The notes below the pieces were generated by a model. The model saw only the letters and a list, made by a program, of their open reading frames with translations, made no database searches and was not told the DNA's origin. Below, piece by piece: positions 49,066-58,591 of a DNA stretch of 64,000 nucleotides. The DNA is from Candidatus Bathyarchaeia archaeon (GTDB taxonomy: Archaea > Thermoproteota > CALKCG01 > B24), in assembly GCA_038870975.1 (NCBI GenBank), contig JAVZJD010000002.1, positions 64,001-128,000 of the forward strand. Direction: 5' to 3'. The translations under genes were made by a program, and so were the position numbers. Positions within the stretch are counted from its first letter, which is position 1, and every line of letters starts with the position of its first letter.

Positions 49066-50715
49066 TTAGCCTACGGATTCAAGCTCGTTTATAAGCTTTA
49101 ATCTTATGGAGAGGAGCTCCCTAGAAGTTCTAACGTATTCTGTGATGCTTCTAACCGCTAGGTTGCATAGTCCAACGGCTTCATTTAATCCCCTCTTCTC
49201 TGCGAGTAGTTTTAGCATTTCGTAGTCTTCAACACCGTCTCTTAAAGCTTCAAACCTTATCGAGTCTAGAGGACCTGACTTACCCGGGTAAACTATGAAA
49301 GCGTCTCCTGGGGGCAGTGGAAACGGATGGTGGGGTTCATTTTCAACGTCTTCAAAGGGCTTCTCAGTCCAATAGTTGTAGCCCCAGTGTAGATATCCTT
49401 CAAGCCCATACTTGAAGTTTATCCAGTGAAGTATTCTAACTTTTACGAGGGAGTAATCTATAAGTCTATTGGGGTATCTTCCAGTTGGAGCTAAGCATGT
49501 GTAAAACCAAACTTCATTACCCTTCTTTTTACGCTCTTCGTAGAAGCTCATGTTTCTATCGTAGTCGTCTAGTAGTGGGACGACTACGTTGATGTAATCT
49601 ACAAGCTGTTTACAGGTTGAGGCTTCTATCGTCCTTATCCTGGGGGCGTATTTTCTAACTAGGCTTACAATAAGCTTATAGCTTTCAGCATTACGGTCTA
49701 TAGGCTCATCTGCTATGTGTTGAAGGTAGTTATCCAATAGCCCTATGTCCTCTAGGTGGTTTTGAAGAGCTGGCATAAACTGAGATATGAATTTCTCAAA
49801 AATTGGGTTCGATACTTTAACAGGCTCCTGCACGTATGCAAGACTACCATCCCTATTCAATACGCGGTAGGATGCTGAGAGGAATTCTGGAACAGTCCAC
49901 CATCCTTCAACCGTTCTAGGGGGTCTACCCGCTAAATAGCCGCCTTCTACGATTCCTATAACGCCCGCCTCTTTGAATAGGTTAATCCAGCGGTCTAGAA
50001 GTTGGAAGTCAAATTCTAGTCCGTCATCACCTTTATAGATTCGAGTCAACTCTAGAATCGGAGTTATTATACTGCTCTGTCTGTGTTCAGCCATATTCTT
50101 TGCGTATGCTTTCAGTAGGCTCCAGTGCTCTTCACTCCAAAGCCTCACGTTGTAGAACTTACTTATATTGTATGGGCTTAGAAAGTTTGAGAGCTTTAGC
50201 GTCCTCCTATCTGGAAGGGTAATATCATGTACTTTTAAATCGATCTTCACAACCTCTTCGTGGAATCCCTTAAGCAACATTTCGCCGTGGTAGTTTCCAG
50301 GGGGAACATCCTTAGGTACGTGTACCGTCAGCCAAATCGGTTGATTTTCACCCATCCTGAGTTTAACGGCCTCTTCTTCGAGTAGTGGGTCTGGAAACAG
50401 GTCTGGGGCTTTACGGACGAGTTCTTCAGGAGGCGTATTAGGAGTATTACGCTTCACAGGTACATATCCTACAAACCTTGAATAGACTTTCGTTATCACG
50501 TACTCGTTAGACTCATGTCTAAGACTAGTAACATATACTCTGAACGTATCAACATCTTCAAATGGTCTTACTACGATTTGAGCCGCCTCATACTCGTTGC
50601 GAACAGCATCTATAGAGACCACTCTAGCGGCATCTTCAGGTTTAGCAGAGTCTTTGAAGACCTTGGTGAGAGAATCTTGAACCCACACGTCGAAGGAATC
50701 CATAACTCTACACAA
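49066..50715 (-). CDS. DUF4091 / GH123-like glycoside hydrolase
   Basis: RNEYEAAQ, PDPL, IADEP, WFYTC, GYLHWGYN, GDAFIVYPG, SIRFEALRDGVEDYE. Confidence 0.85.
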   Translation of the reverse strand: MCRVMDSFDVWVQDSLTKVFKDSAKPEDAARVVSIDAVRNEYEAAQIVVRPFEDVDTFRVYVTSLRHESNEYVITKVYSRFVGYVPVKRNTPNTPPEELVRKAPDLFPDPLLEEEAVKLRMGENQPIWLTVHVPKDVPPGNYHGEMLLKGFHEEVVKIDLKVHDITLPDRRTLKLSNFLSPYNISKFYNVRLWSEEHWSLLKAYAKNMAEHRQSSIITPILELTRIYKGDDGLEFDFQLLDRWINLFKEAGVIGIVEGGYLAGRPPRTVEGWWTVPEFLSASYRVLNRDGSLAYVQEPVKVSNPIFEKFISQFMPALQNHLEDIGLLDNYLQHIADEPIDRNAESYKLIVSLVRKYAPRIRTIEASTCKQLVDYINVVVPLLDDYDRNMSFYEERKKKGNEVWFYTCLAPTGRYPNRLIDYSLVKVRILHWINFKYGLEGYLHWGYNYWTEKPFEDVENEPHHPFPLPPGDAFIVYPGKSGPLDSIRFEALRDGVEDYEMLKLLAEKRGLNEAVGLCNLAVRSITEYVRTSRELLSIRLKLINELESVG

Positions 50716-50779
50716 TATCTATTAGATAGTGGATTAGCTTAAATACGTAATCCTGCCTCTTTAGGTTTAGCCGACGGCG

Positions 50780-51943
50780 CTACCTGTTTCCTCTAATCGT
50801 TTCAATCATCGCGGTTATATTCTCCCTAGGCGTACCGGGGACTATGTAGTTTGAAACACCTACTATTATCCCCCTACTCCTCTTCGCCTCTCTTAGACAT
50901 GAGAGTGTTTCAAAGACTACTTCTTCCACCGTTCCAAAGTGTAGAGTATATGAGCTTATATTTCCAATAAGCACGAGCTGTGGAAAACGCTCCCTAAGCC
51001 TACGTAGATCCATTCCAGCCCTCCGATCTATCTCATAGTAGCCGTCAACCCCCGACCTACTGAAGAGGTCGTCAGCCACAGGCCACAGATTTCCATCACT
51101 GCCGAAAAGGTAGTAAATACCATGTTTATGGCACTCTTCAGTAACCATCTGTAGCCTAGGTAGTACGAGCTCGCGGAAAAGCCTAGGGGAGTAGCAGACA
51201 CCCCTATTTGAGGCAAAATCTCCTCCGCCGAAGAGCAATTTTACCCCGGCTTTAGCAAAACACCTTATCTGTCTTATGGCAACTTTTACTTGCATGTCCA
51301 AATATTGAGCAGCTAGGTTTGGTCTCGACACCATAGCCATAAGCCACACCGGGTCCTCAGTAAGACCTATACCTATGTTTCCTCCGTTTACTCGAATAGC
51401 ATATTCCCTACCGTATTTTTCCATCAAATAGCTTATTTCATTGAAGTCCTCCAGCTTAGGATTGTAATTCTCAAGCCACTCCTCCATTTCAGACAAGTAC
51501 TTTTCGATTTGCTTAAAACGGATGCTTATGGGAAGCCTATGCTTGGGAGGATATTCTTCGACTATATTGAATAGTTCAGAGCTTGGTGTGAAACGTCTAA
51601 TATGCCACTCCCCCTCAGGATTGCCGTATAGGAAAGTATATTCGTCTATCTTTCTCGTAGGCTTCAATGGTAGCCTCCAGTAGTGGAAACGTATTATGTC
51701 TTGGTCTGTTGCTTTGGCTACTTCAAAAGCGTCTTCAATCGACCTTTTTAAGAATTCTCGATGCGCCTCTTCACCATCCCATAATGCTTTAGACTCTCTC
51801 CACTGCTGTATTCCACCTCCAACGTAGGCTTCACGCCCTAGGATTTTTGAAGCAGCATCCCCAGAGAAACCTATGTGATGTATTGGTACCTTATCGGTAG
51901 GCTCATGTTCAAACGTTGCTAGGATTCTCTCCCTAGGCGTCAT
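50780..51943 (-). CDS. URO-D/MtaA superfamily protein
   Basis: MTPRERI...DKVP, GDFA, SDGN, GMDL, GNI, TPRENI. Confidence 0.83.
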   Translation of the reverse strand: MTPRERILATFEHEPTDKVPIHHIGFSGDAASKILGREAYVGGGIQQWRESKALWDGEEAHREFLKRSIEDAFEVAKATDQDIIRFHYWRLPLKPTRKIDEYTFLYGNPEGEWHIRRFTPSSELFNIVEEYPPKHRLPISIRFKQIEKYLSEMEEWLENYNPKLEDFNEISYLMEKYGREYAIRVNGGNIGIGLTEDPVWLMAMVSRPNLAAQYLDMQVKVAIRQIRCFAKAGVKLLFGGGDFASNRGVCYSPRLFRELVLPRLQMVTEECHKHGIYYLFGSDGNLWPVADDLFSRSGVDGYYEIDRRAGMDLRRLRERFPQLVLIGNISSYTLHFGTVEEVVFETLSCLREAKRSRGIIVGVSNYIVPGTPRENITAMIETIRGNR

Positions 51944-51995
51944 ATGCTTCCCCGCGCTACTGTAGGCAGCTGATACTTTAACTTCGCTATTCAGT

Positions 51996-53033
51996 TTAAG
52001 CTAGGAACCGTAGTTTTTCATATTCCACTACGTTTAACGGCTTTTCACCTGAGAAGAACCTCTTAAAATCTTCTACTATCGTACCGAAGAGCATACTCTT
52101 CCTCTCATCGGAAGGACCTGCTATATGCGGCGTGAGGAAGACGCTGTCAAGCTCGTACAGAGGGCTACTCGACGGTAAGGGTTCCTCCTCAAACCTATCT
52201 AAGGCTGCTCCAGCTATCCACTTCTCCTTTAAAGCTTTAGCTAAAGCGTTTTCATCGATTAGAGGACCAGCGGTGTTTATTAGGAAGGCCGTTGGCTTCA
52301 TAATTCTAAGCTGCTTCTCACCCAGCATACGATGTGTTTCAGGTGTTGAAGCGGCATGTAGACTCACTATGTCTGAAGACGATAGTAGCCCTTCTAGGCT
52401 GGATCTTTCAACCCCATACTTCTCTAAATCTTCATCTGAAACATAGGGGTCGTATACGAGTATTCTCACGTTGAAGGGTTTAAGAAGTTTAACGAGTTCA
52501 CGGGCTACAGCTCCAAAACCTATTAAACCCACCGTTCTACCTCTAAGGTCGTAGGTTTTACGCTTAGCCTCCAGCCTCCAGTTTTTCGTACGCATGGCAT
52601 CAATGTAGTATGGTATGGCTCTAAGGCAATTAAGCATCATTGCAAGTGTAAACTCAGCCACGGATAATGCTATCGTGGAAGCCGCGTTTACGACAACAAT
52701 CCCCCTTCTGAAAACCTCCTCAGTTACATACGGTTTTACACTTCCAGCGGCATGTCCTATTATCTTAAGCCTATCAGCGTTCGCTAAAACCCTCTCCGTG
52801 AACCTTGGAGAACCCCAACAGGTTATACATCCATCCACACTTTTCACGAGCTCGACAAGCTCATCTTCGGTCAAATTCCTATCATAAGGGTTGAATAAGA
52901 CGTCGGCAAAGCCCTTAAGCTTCAGCTCATCTTCAACTCTGGAAACCTGTTTGTACAAGCTCCGCGGTATTGTGACGAGTACTTTAACACTTTTATCGGA
53001 TGAGCTTGACATACTCATATGAAATATGTCCAT
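51996..53033 (-). CDS. D-2-hydroxyacid dehydrogenase family
   Basis: HAAGSVK, SVAE, GFGAVA, YDP, LDRFEEEP, TPHIAG. Confidence 0.87.
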   Translation of the reverse strand: MDIFHMSMSSSSDKSVKVLVTIPRSLYKQVSRVEDELKLKGFADVLFNPYDRNLTEDELVELVKSVDGCITCWGSPRFTERVLANADRLKIIGHAAGSVKPYVTEEVFRRGIVVVNAASTIALSVAEFTLAMMLNCLRAIPYYIDAMRTKNWRLEAKRKTYDLRGRTVGLIGFGAVARELVKLLKPFNVRILVYDPYVSDEDLEKYGVERSSLEGLLSSSDIVSLHAASTPETHRMLGEKQLRIMKPTAFLINTAGPLIDENALAKALKEKWIAGAALDRFEEEPLPSSSPLYELDSVFLTPHIAGPSDERKSMLFGTIVEDFKRFFSGEKPLNVVEYEKLRFLA

Positions 53034-53132
53034 TAATCATCCTCTTAAAACTATTCAACGTAAGCTCTACCAGTAGACGATGTTGATCATGGTTTTCTAA
53101 ATACAGTGGAACAGTCTATTCCAATATTATTG

Positions 53133-53474
53133 CTAAACGGATAGTCCTCTTGTAGGCGGTGGTTTTGCCTCATCCGGTGTGATGATTCTTCCGAAAACTT
53201 TCTCATATTCTGATACGTGTTGAGTCAGCCACTTGGCAAGGCTTTTAGCTTGAACAGGGTCTATAATCAATCTACATTGAAGTACCCGACGTACACGGAT
53301 CTTAGAGGGCTCTGGTCTAAGCGTTGCTAATGCATCTTCTGAAATCATTTCTTCACTGTATATGATAGCTTCGAAGAACCCGGGTCTATGTCCACCAATC
53401 ACTCCATTTACAATGATAGTGCGGTAGTTCGGGTCCTTCACAATTTCAACCTTTTGCTCCTCCTGCTCAGACAT
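53133..53474 (-). CDS. Hypothetical protein (DUF3467-like)
   Basis: 113-aa ORF; YRTIIVNGVIGG...RLIIDP.QAKSLAKWL pattern. Confidence 0.55.
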   Translation of the reverse strand: MSEQEEQKVEIVKDPNYRTIIVNGVIGGHRPGFFEAIIYSEEMISEDALATLRPEPSKIRVRRVLQCRLIIDPVQAKSLAKWLTQHVSEYEKVFGRIITPDEAKPPPTRGLSV

Positions 53475-53633
53475 TTAGGGTCGTTAAATCATTGCGCTAT
53501 ATTTGTTTAAATTGTTAACTGTCATCTGATAACCGCGTGAAACTGTTGCTCTATTTTCCATGCTATAAAACTTTGAAATAAACCGCTTTAAAATTAGTCG
53601 AAAAGCTTATTAGCTAGTTTCCTAATTAACTAA

Positions 53634-54299
53634 TTGAAGGTGACTAAAATGTCTAGGAATAAGATCAGAGAATATGCTGGTTTAAGTAGGTATGGGATGT
53701 GGGGATCCGGTGAGTTTGGAGATATCCCCGGAAGACCTAATCCTTATACGGTGTTATCTGATGAAACGAGGCTTGCTATAACTGTGCTACTTTGTTTAAA
53801 GGGACCGTTGACGGCTAAGCAGATAGCCGATGAATTAGAGCTGGCTCAGAGTACTGTTTTAGACCATATCAATAAGTTAAAGGAAGCAATGGTAATTAAA
53901 GAAGTTGAAGTTTCAGAGAAGAAGTATAAACGTGAAAAATACTATGATATAGACATAGTGCCATATTTTACAGACGAAAGAGAAGAGATCTATAAGAGGA
54001 TAAGTAAGTATGCTGATATACTTAAGCAAACAACGTTAATAGTTTTCGAGAAGTGTCTAAATGAAATATCTGAGTTTCTTGATACTACTCTAATGGCAAA
54101 GCATGGAATGACGATTGAGAAAGACGAAGTGAAGTTTCTTATCTTCTCTGAACTTATGAGAATCGTGCAAGATTACTTCTCTGAGAAAGGTGTCTTCAAG
54201 GATTCGCTTCAAACCGTCAAAAGATACTACCTTTACATACCACTTCAAAGAGTAAATATTCGAAGAGATGAGAAAGCTCTAAGAGATAAGCCGCAGTAA
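53634..54299 (+). CDS. ArsR-like winged-HTH transcription regulator
   Basis: LSDETRLAI...LTAKQIADELELAQSTVLDHINKL...KYY. Confidence 0.82.
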   Translation: MKVTKMSRNKIREYAGLSRYGMWGSGEFGDIPGRPNPYTVLSDETRLAITVLLCLKGPLTAKQIADELELAQSTVLDHINKLKEAMVIKEVEVSEKKYKREKYYDIDIVPYFTDEREEIYKRISKYADILKQTTLIVFEKCLNEISEFLDTTLMAKHGMTIEKDEVKFLIFSELMRIVQDYFSEKGVFKDSLQTVKRYYLYIPLQRVNIRRDEKALRDKPQ

Positions 54300-54544
54300 T
54301 CTTCAATAGAGCTAGTATGCTGGATAGAAACGGTCTTCACAAGTCAAAAGTATCGGGGTAAGGGTTTTGCCACGTCTGTAGTTTCAAAAACCGTGGAGAA
54401 CGCCTTTAAACGTTACAACGTAGAATATGTAGGGTTAGGAGTACGTAGCGACAATACTTCTGCAAAACGTGTCTATGAAAAGATAGGTTTAAGAAGCATA
54501 GGGATAGATGCTGGCTGAACATGAACTTAGAATTTATCCCATGA
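54300..54544 (+). pseudogene. GNAT acetyltransferase C-terminal fragment
   Basis: VFTSQKYRGKGFAT...LGVRSDNTSAKRVYEKIG then frameshift; no start codon. Confidence 0.78.
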
Positions 54545-54657
54545 CCTGAATTTCTTCTACGGAGGGTTTTCAACCGTAGCTACTCTTCAATGTTTGCCGA
54601 TAGATTTACACACCTTTAATAATTAGATATAAATACGTGGTAAATTCATAAAGACAG

Positions 54658-55962
54658 ATGAATATGTCAATGACATATGTTGGCGATGATGTTACTAAAG
54701 TACGCGTAAGTAAATGGATGGCTAAGTTGGGGTGGCTTCAAATCCCTAAGGAGATTAGACGTGAGTCTGGTCTTGTAAAGGTGAGAATTGGTGGGGATGT
54801 TTACGAGGGTAGGCTTGACAACCGTGGGAGGCTTTTCTGTAAACGGTTTAAGGGTTTTCTAAGAGAGGGCTTAATCGTCGAAGTAAAACTCCATGAAGAG
54901 GGTTATGATGTTTCCCCAGCTTCAGAGCAGGCTGTTCAAGAAACTCAAGCATCCAAGGAATCGGCAGTCGTTGAACAGATTAAAGTTGAGGAGAAACACT
55001 ATTTGAAATGTCCGTCCTGTTACAAGGTTTTATATTTGACAGACTCTGAGTTCAATAAGCATCTTGACGAGTGTAAGAGAGAGAAATACGAAAATGCTAA
55101 GGAGTTGTTGGAGAAGCTTAAGACTGAGAAGGGCTTTAGAGAAGGTTCTAAGATTTTCTTAAGAGAGCATGGAGAGCTTGTAGAGGTTTCAGAGCAGGAA
55201 GCCATTGAGTACATTATACGTGAGAATAACATACATCGTTTGGTTATTGAAAATCCGCCGTTTCCAGTGCTTAAGATGGAAATCGACGCCAAACTCTTCA
55301 TGGATTTTCTAAAGCTTGTAAATGAGTTTGGCGATGAAGTTGCCTTCAAAGCAACGTATAGTGGTTTAAGCGTTAGAATGATGAATCCATCTCACGTAAT
55401 GCTCATCGATGCAACGATACCTATACAGATTATGGATAAGTATGAGTTGACGGATGAGTTTAACATCGCCTTAAATATTGAAGAGGTGTTGAAAAGCTTT
55501 AAACCTAGGAAGGGGGACAAGTTGACGCTTACCGCTGGTAGATTGGAACGCGTCAAAATATCATGTGGTAACGTAGCCAGGAAGTTTGAGCAACCTGACA
55601 TCCAATTGGATGAATTGCCTCCGTTAAAAGTGGATTTTGCAGCGTCCTTCACGGCGCCTGCAAATGAAATCTACAGGATAATGTCGAGTCTTGCCGATGA
55701 ATACACCATAAAGATATCCGTCGACGATTCCGTGTGGTTTAAGGGGAGAAACGGTGAAGGAGTATTAGATTCCCGGGGGTTGCTGGATAAAAGTGGTCGT
55801 GCTGAAGGTAGTTATAGTATAAGCTACCTCCTAGACGTATTCAAGCATATTAGAAACGTAGCTAGAATAGTTAAAGTAGAGTTTGCGGAGAATAAACCTA
55901 TGCGTATAACCGCTATGGAACCCGTTAATGTAACAGTTTACATAGCTCCATACGTTGAATGA
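54658..55962 (+). CDS. PCNA sliding-clamp fusion: N-terminal beta domain + CCHC zinc finger + PCNA (aa about 204-434)
   Basis: DEVAF...GLSVRMMNPSHVMLID, LNIEEV, LPPLKVDF, SYSISYL, EFAENKPMRI, YIAP; CPSC-x13-H-x3-C. Confidence 0.85.
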   Translation: MNMSMTYVGDDVTKVRVSKWMAKLGWLQIPKEIRRESGLVKVRIGGDVYEGRLDNRGRLFCKRFKGFLREGLIVEVKLHEEGYDVSPASEQAVQETQASKESAVVEQIKVEEKHYLKCPSCYKVLYLTDSEFNKHLDECKREKYENAKELLEKLKTEKGFREGSKIFLREHGELVEVSEQEAIEYIIRENNIHRLVIENPPFPVLKMEIDAKLFMDFLKLVNEFGDEVAFKATYSGLSVRMMNPSHVMLIDATIPIQIMDKYELTDEFNIALNIEEVLKSFKPRKGDKLTLTAGRLERVKISCGNVARKFEQPDIQLDELPPLKVDFAASFTAPANEIYRIMSSLADEYTIKISVDDSVWFKGRNGEGVLDSRGLLDKSGRAEGSYSISYLLDVFKHIRNVARIVKVEFAENKPMRITAMEPVNVTVYIAPYVE

Positions 55963-55966
55963 CTTT

Positions 55967-58591
55967 CTACTCTACGATTTTAGATACCCCATTTATCTTA
56001 TCCACTTGATAAAGTGTGTCTGCTACTTCCTCCAGCTCTCTATCGTGTGTAATTATCACCATTTGAGGCACTACCGCCCCCTCTCTGAAGAAGCTTTTAA
56101 CAACTTCCACAAGCTCCCTCCTCCTCTCCTCATCTAAATGTATCGTAGGCTCATCCATTATGATCGTTGAAAGCATTCCTGCAAGAGCTTTAGCTATAGC
56201 CAATCTTAAAGCTATTGCGATGGCAACCTTCTCACCGCCGCTGAGTAATGAGAGAGGCGTAGTTTCACCACCTCTCATAACGGTAACCTCTAAATCCTCA
56301 TCGACTGCTATCCCTGTTACGTCGAGGTTGAAACGTTCAACGTATCTAGTTGCGAGTTCAGATATGTAGGGGGTAAGCCTCTGCCTCAGCATCCTCTGAA
56401 CACCGTCTTTTGAAAATGCTCCTCTAATCTTCTCTAGTTTGGATTTAAAGTCTTCGATTTTATCGCATTTAGCTTTAAGATAAGATATTTCACTCTCAAG
56501 CCGTTTAATCTCAACCTCAAAACTAGCCCGTTTTCTCTCCTCATCATTGAGTTGTGTCTCTAAGTTTTCAAGCTTCGCTCTGCATTTTACCAGCTCCTTC
56601 TGGAGAGAATCGAATACTCTCTTAACTTCTTCATGCCTCTTAGAATCATAACCCAAGTTGTTAATAGACTCTTCAAGCCTCTTCCCCTCCTCTTCAAGCT
56701 TGAGCTTCCTACTGACGTTTTCCTCGAAGATCTTGGCTTTCTCCTCGTATTTATCGGCTATCGGTTTAAGCCTATCAAACCTCTCCTTCTTGCTTCGAAG
56801 AGCCTTTAGCTCCCCCTCAGGGTCCCTCGGTTTATAGCCGAGGCCTCTAATAAGCTCATCAGCTTCTCTTTGAATTTGAACTAAAGCCTCCTCCACCTTG
56901 GAAAGCCTTTCTCCAATTTCTCCACGCAGTTTATCAATCTTCCTAAGGATAATGTTTACTTCACGGGTCTTCTCCGCTAAGCTCCTTCTACCTGTTTCCA
57001 ATTCTCTAGATAGCTTCTCAATGTTATCTACGTCTGCAGACAGTTTGAGTAGGGCATCTATACTTCTCCTAATATCTTCTCTTAAGATTTCCAGTTTCCT
57101 CCTCTCCTCTACAGCGTAAGTACGTCTACTCTTTAAAGAATCCAATTCTTCGAGTATTTCCCGTTTAGCCTGCTCCCTATGCTGAGGGGTCAATCTAGTC
57201 CTACAGAGGGGGCATATGTCAAACTTATCTAGACTATTGAAGTCTTGAGTTAACTTATTGATTCTACCATCGATCCAACCGATTTCACCATCTTTCTCTT
57301 TAATAGACTCTTCAATCTTCCTATTTTTCTCCTCAAATTCCGCCAGCTTTTCATTTAATACCTGCTTAGACGGCTTAGGTAGAAGTCTTTCAGCTTTCTT
57401 CAATAGATTAGATAACTCATCCTCTTTCGCTTTCAATTCTGTAGCTAAATTTTCAACATCTGAAACGGCTTTAGCCGCTCTACTATTTAGAGCTATAGGG
57501 TCATCTGGCAGATCAACACTCGCTAAATCTGTTCCAGTTTTAGATGCGTAGTTGAATTCCGTGATTTTTCTAAGGCTTTCTTTTATCCAGCCTTCAGCTT
57601 CATCCATCAGTATCAATTTATCCCTTAGGTCGCCTTCTTCTCTACCATACTCCTGGAGGTCTCTAACGACTTTTACATAGCCCTCTAAAAGGTTAATATT
57701 TCCAATTTCAGGTTCTAGTTTTTCAACCTCCTCTCTAGCTTTCTTACATTCTTCGAGTTCTTTTACGATTTCTACAAGTCTTTCCTCTACATTACTTAAA
57801 TCTCGGTGAACAATATCGTACTCCTTCTTCAGGTTGTTGTAGATCTGCTCTTTCTCATCTAAGGATTGTTTTTCCCCGCTGATTAATTCGTATTCTTTCT
57901 CGAGTTTTTCAACTCCCTCCTTTAAAACACCTATCTCTCTCTTCAACTCTTCCACGGTTTTAACGCACTCGTCGTAGTTACGCTTCTTCTCCTCCAACCG
58001 CGCGCTCCTATCACGAACCTCTTTCTCAATGTCGCTCTTCAACTTCTCCACATGGTTGATTATTTCACGCATATTTTCCCATGCTCTTTCAAAAGCATCG
58101 ATACCGATCATCCTACCTATTAGTTTCTTCCTTTCAGCCGGCATGGCTTCAACAAGGCTTGTAATTTCACCCTGACGGATGAATATCGAGTTTAACAGCG
58201 TCTTACTATCCAGTTCAAGCAACTTTAAAACCTCCTGTCTTACTTGTTTTGCTGAACGGGCGATATAGCCTAAATCGCTTCTTCTAAGCGAGGCATCTAC
58301 GCGTCCACCCCTCGTCCTAGTCCACTGCACTAAGTACTCTCTATTGTCGGCTTCAAAGACAAGGGCGATCTCAGCTTCATTCGCTCCTCTTCTTATCAAG
58401 TCGTCAACGTTCTCCCCCCTGGTTTTTACGTCTTTTTCAAATCCGAGAAATGCGTGTATCACAGCATCCATGATTGCCGTTTTTCCAGCTCCATTAGGTC
58501 CCACTATGGCAGTTACACCTAGGGGAAAGTCTAACTCAGTGTTTTCATGGGATAGGAAATTTTTCAGTTTGAGCCTTTTTAATACGATCAT
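55967..58591 (-). CDS. rad50: Rad50 DNA double-strand break repair ATPase
   Basis: NFLSH, GPNGAGKT, IRQGEI, CPLC hook, LSGGE, DEPT, ITH; coiled coils. Confidence 0.95.
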   Translation of the reverse strand: MIVLKRLKLKNFLSHENTELDFPLGVTAIVGPNGAGKTAIMDAVIHAFLGFEKDVKTRGENVDDLIRRGANEAEIALVFEADNREYLVQWTRTRGGRVDASLRRSDLGYIARSAKQVRQEVLKLLELDSKTLLNSIFIRQGEITSLVEAMPAERKKLIGRMIGIDAFERAWENMREIINHVEKLKSDIEKEVRDRSARLEEKKRNYDECVKTVEELKREIGVLKEGVEKLEKEYELISGEKQSLDEKEQIYNNLKKEYDIVHRDLSNVEERLVEIVKELEECKKAREEVEKLEPEIGNINLLEGYVKVVRDLQEYGREEGDLRDKLILMDEAEGWIKESLRKITEFNYASKTGTDLASVDLPDDPIALNSRAAKAVSDVENLATELKAKEDELSNLLKKAERLLPKPSKQVLNEKLAEFEEKNRKIEESIKEKDGEIGWIDGRINKLTQDFNSLDKFDICPLCRTRLTPQHREQAKREILEELDSLKSRRTYAVEERRKLEILREDIRRSIDALLKLSADVDNIEKLSRELETGRRSLAEKTREVNIILRKIDKLRGEIGERLSKVEEALVQIQREADELIRGLGYKPRDPEGELKALRSKKERFDRLKPIADKYEEKAKIFEENVSRKLKLEEEGKRLEESINNLGYDSKRHEEVKRVFDSLQKELVKCRAKLENLETQLNDEERKRASFEVEIKRLESEISYLKAKCDKIEDFKSKLEKIRGAFSKDGVQRMLRQRLTPYISELATRYVERFNLDVTGIAVDEDLEVTVMRGGETTPLSLLSGGEKVAIAIALRLAIAKALAGMLSTIIMDEPTIHLDEERRRELVEVVKSFFREGAVVPQMVIITHDRELEEVADTLYQVDKINGVSKIVE

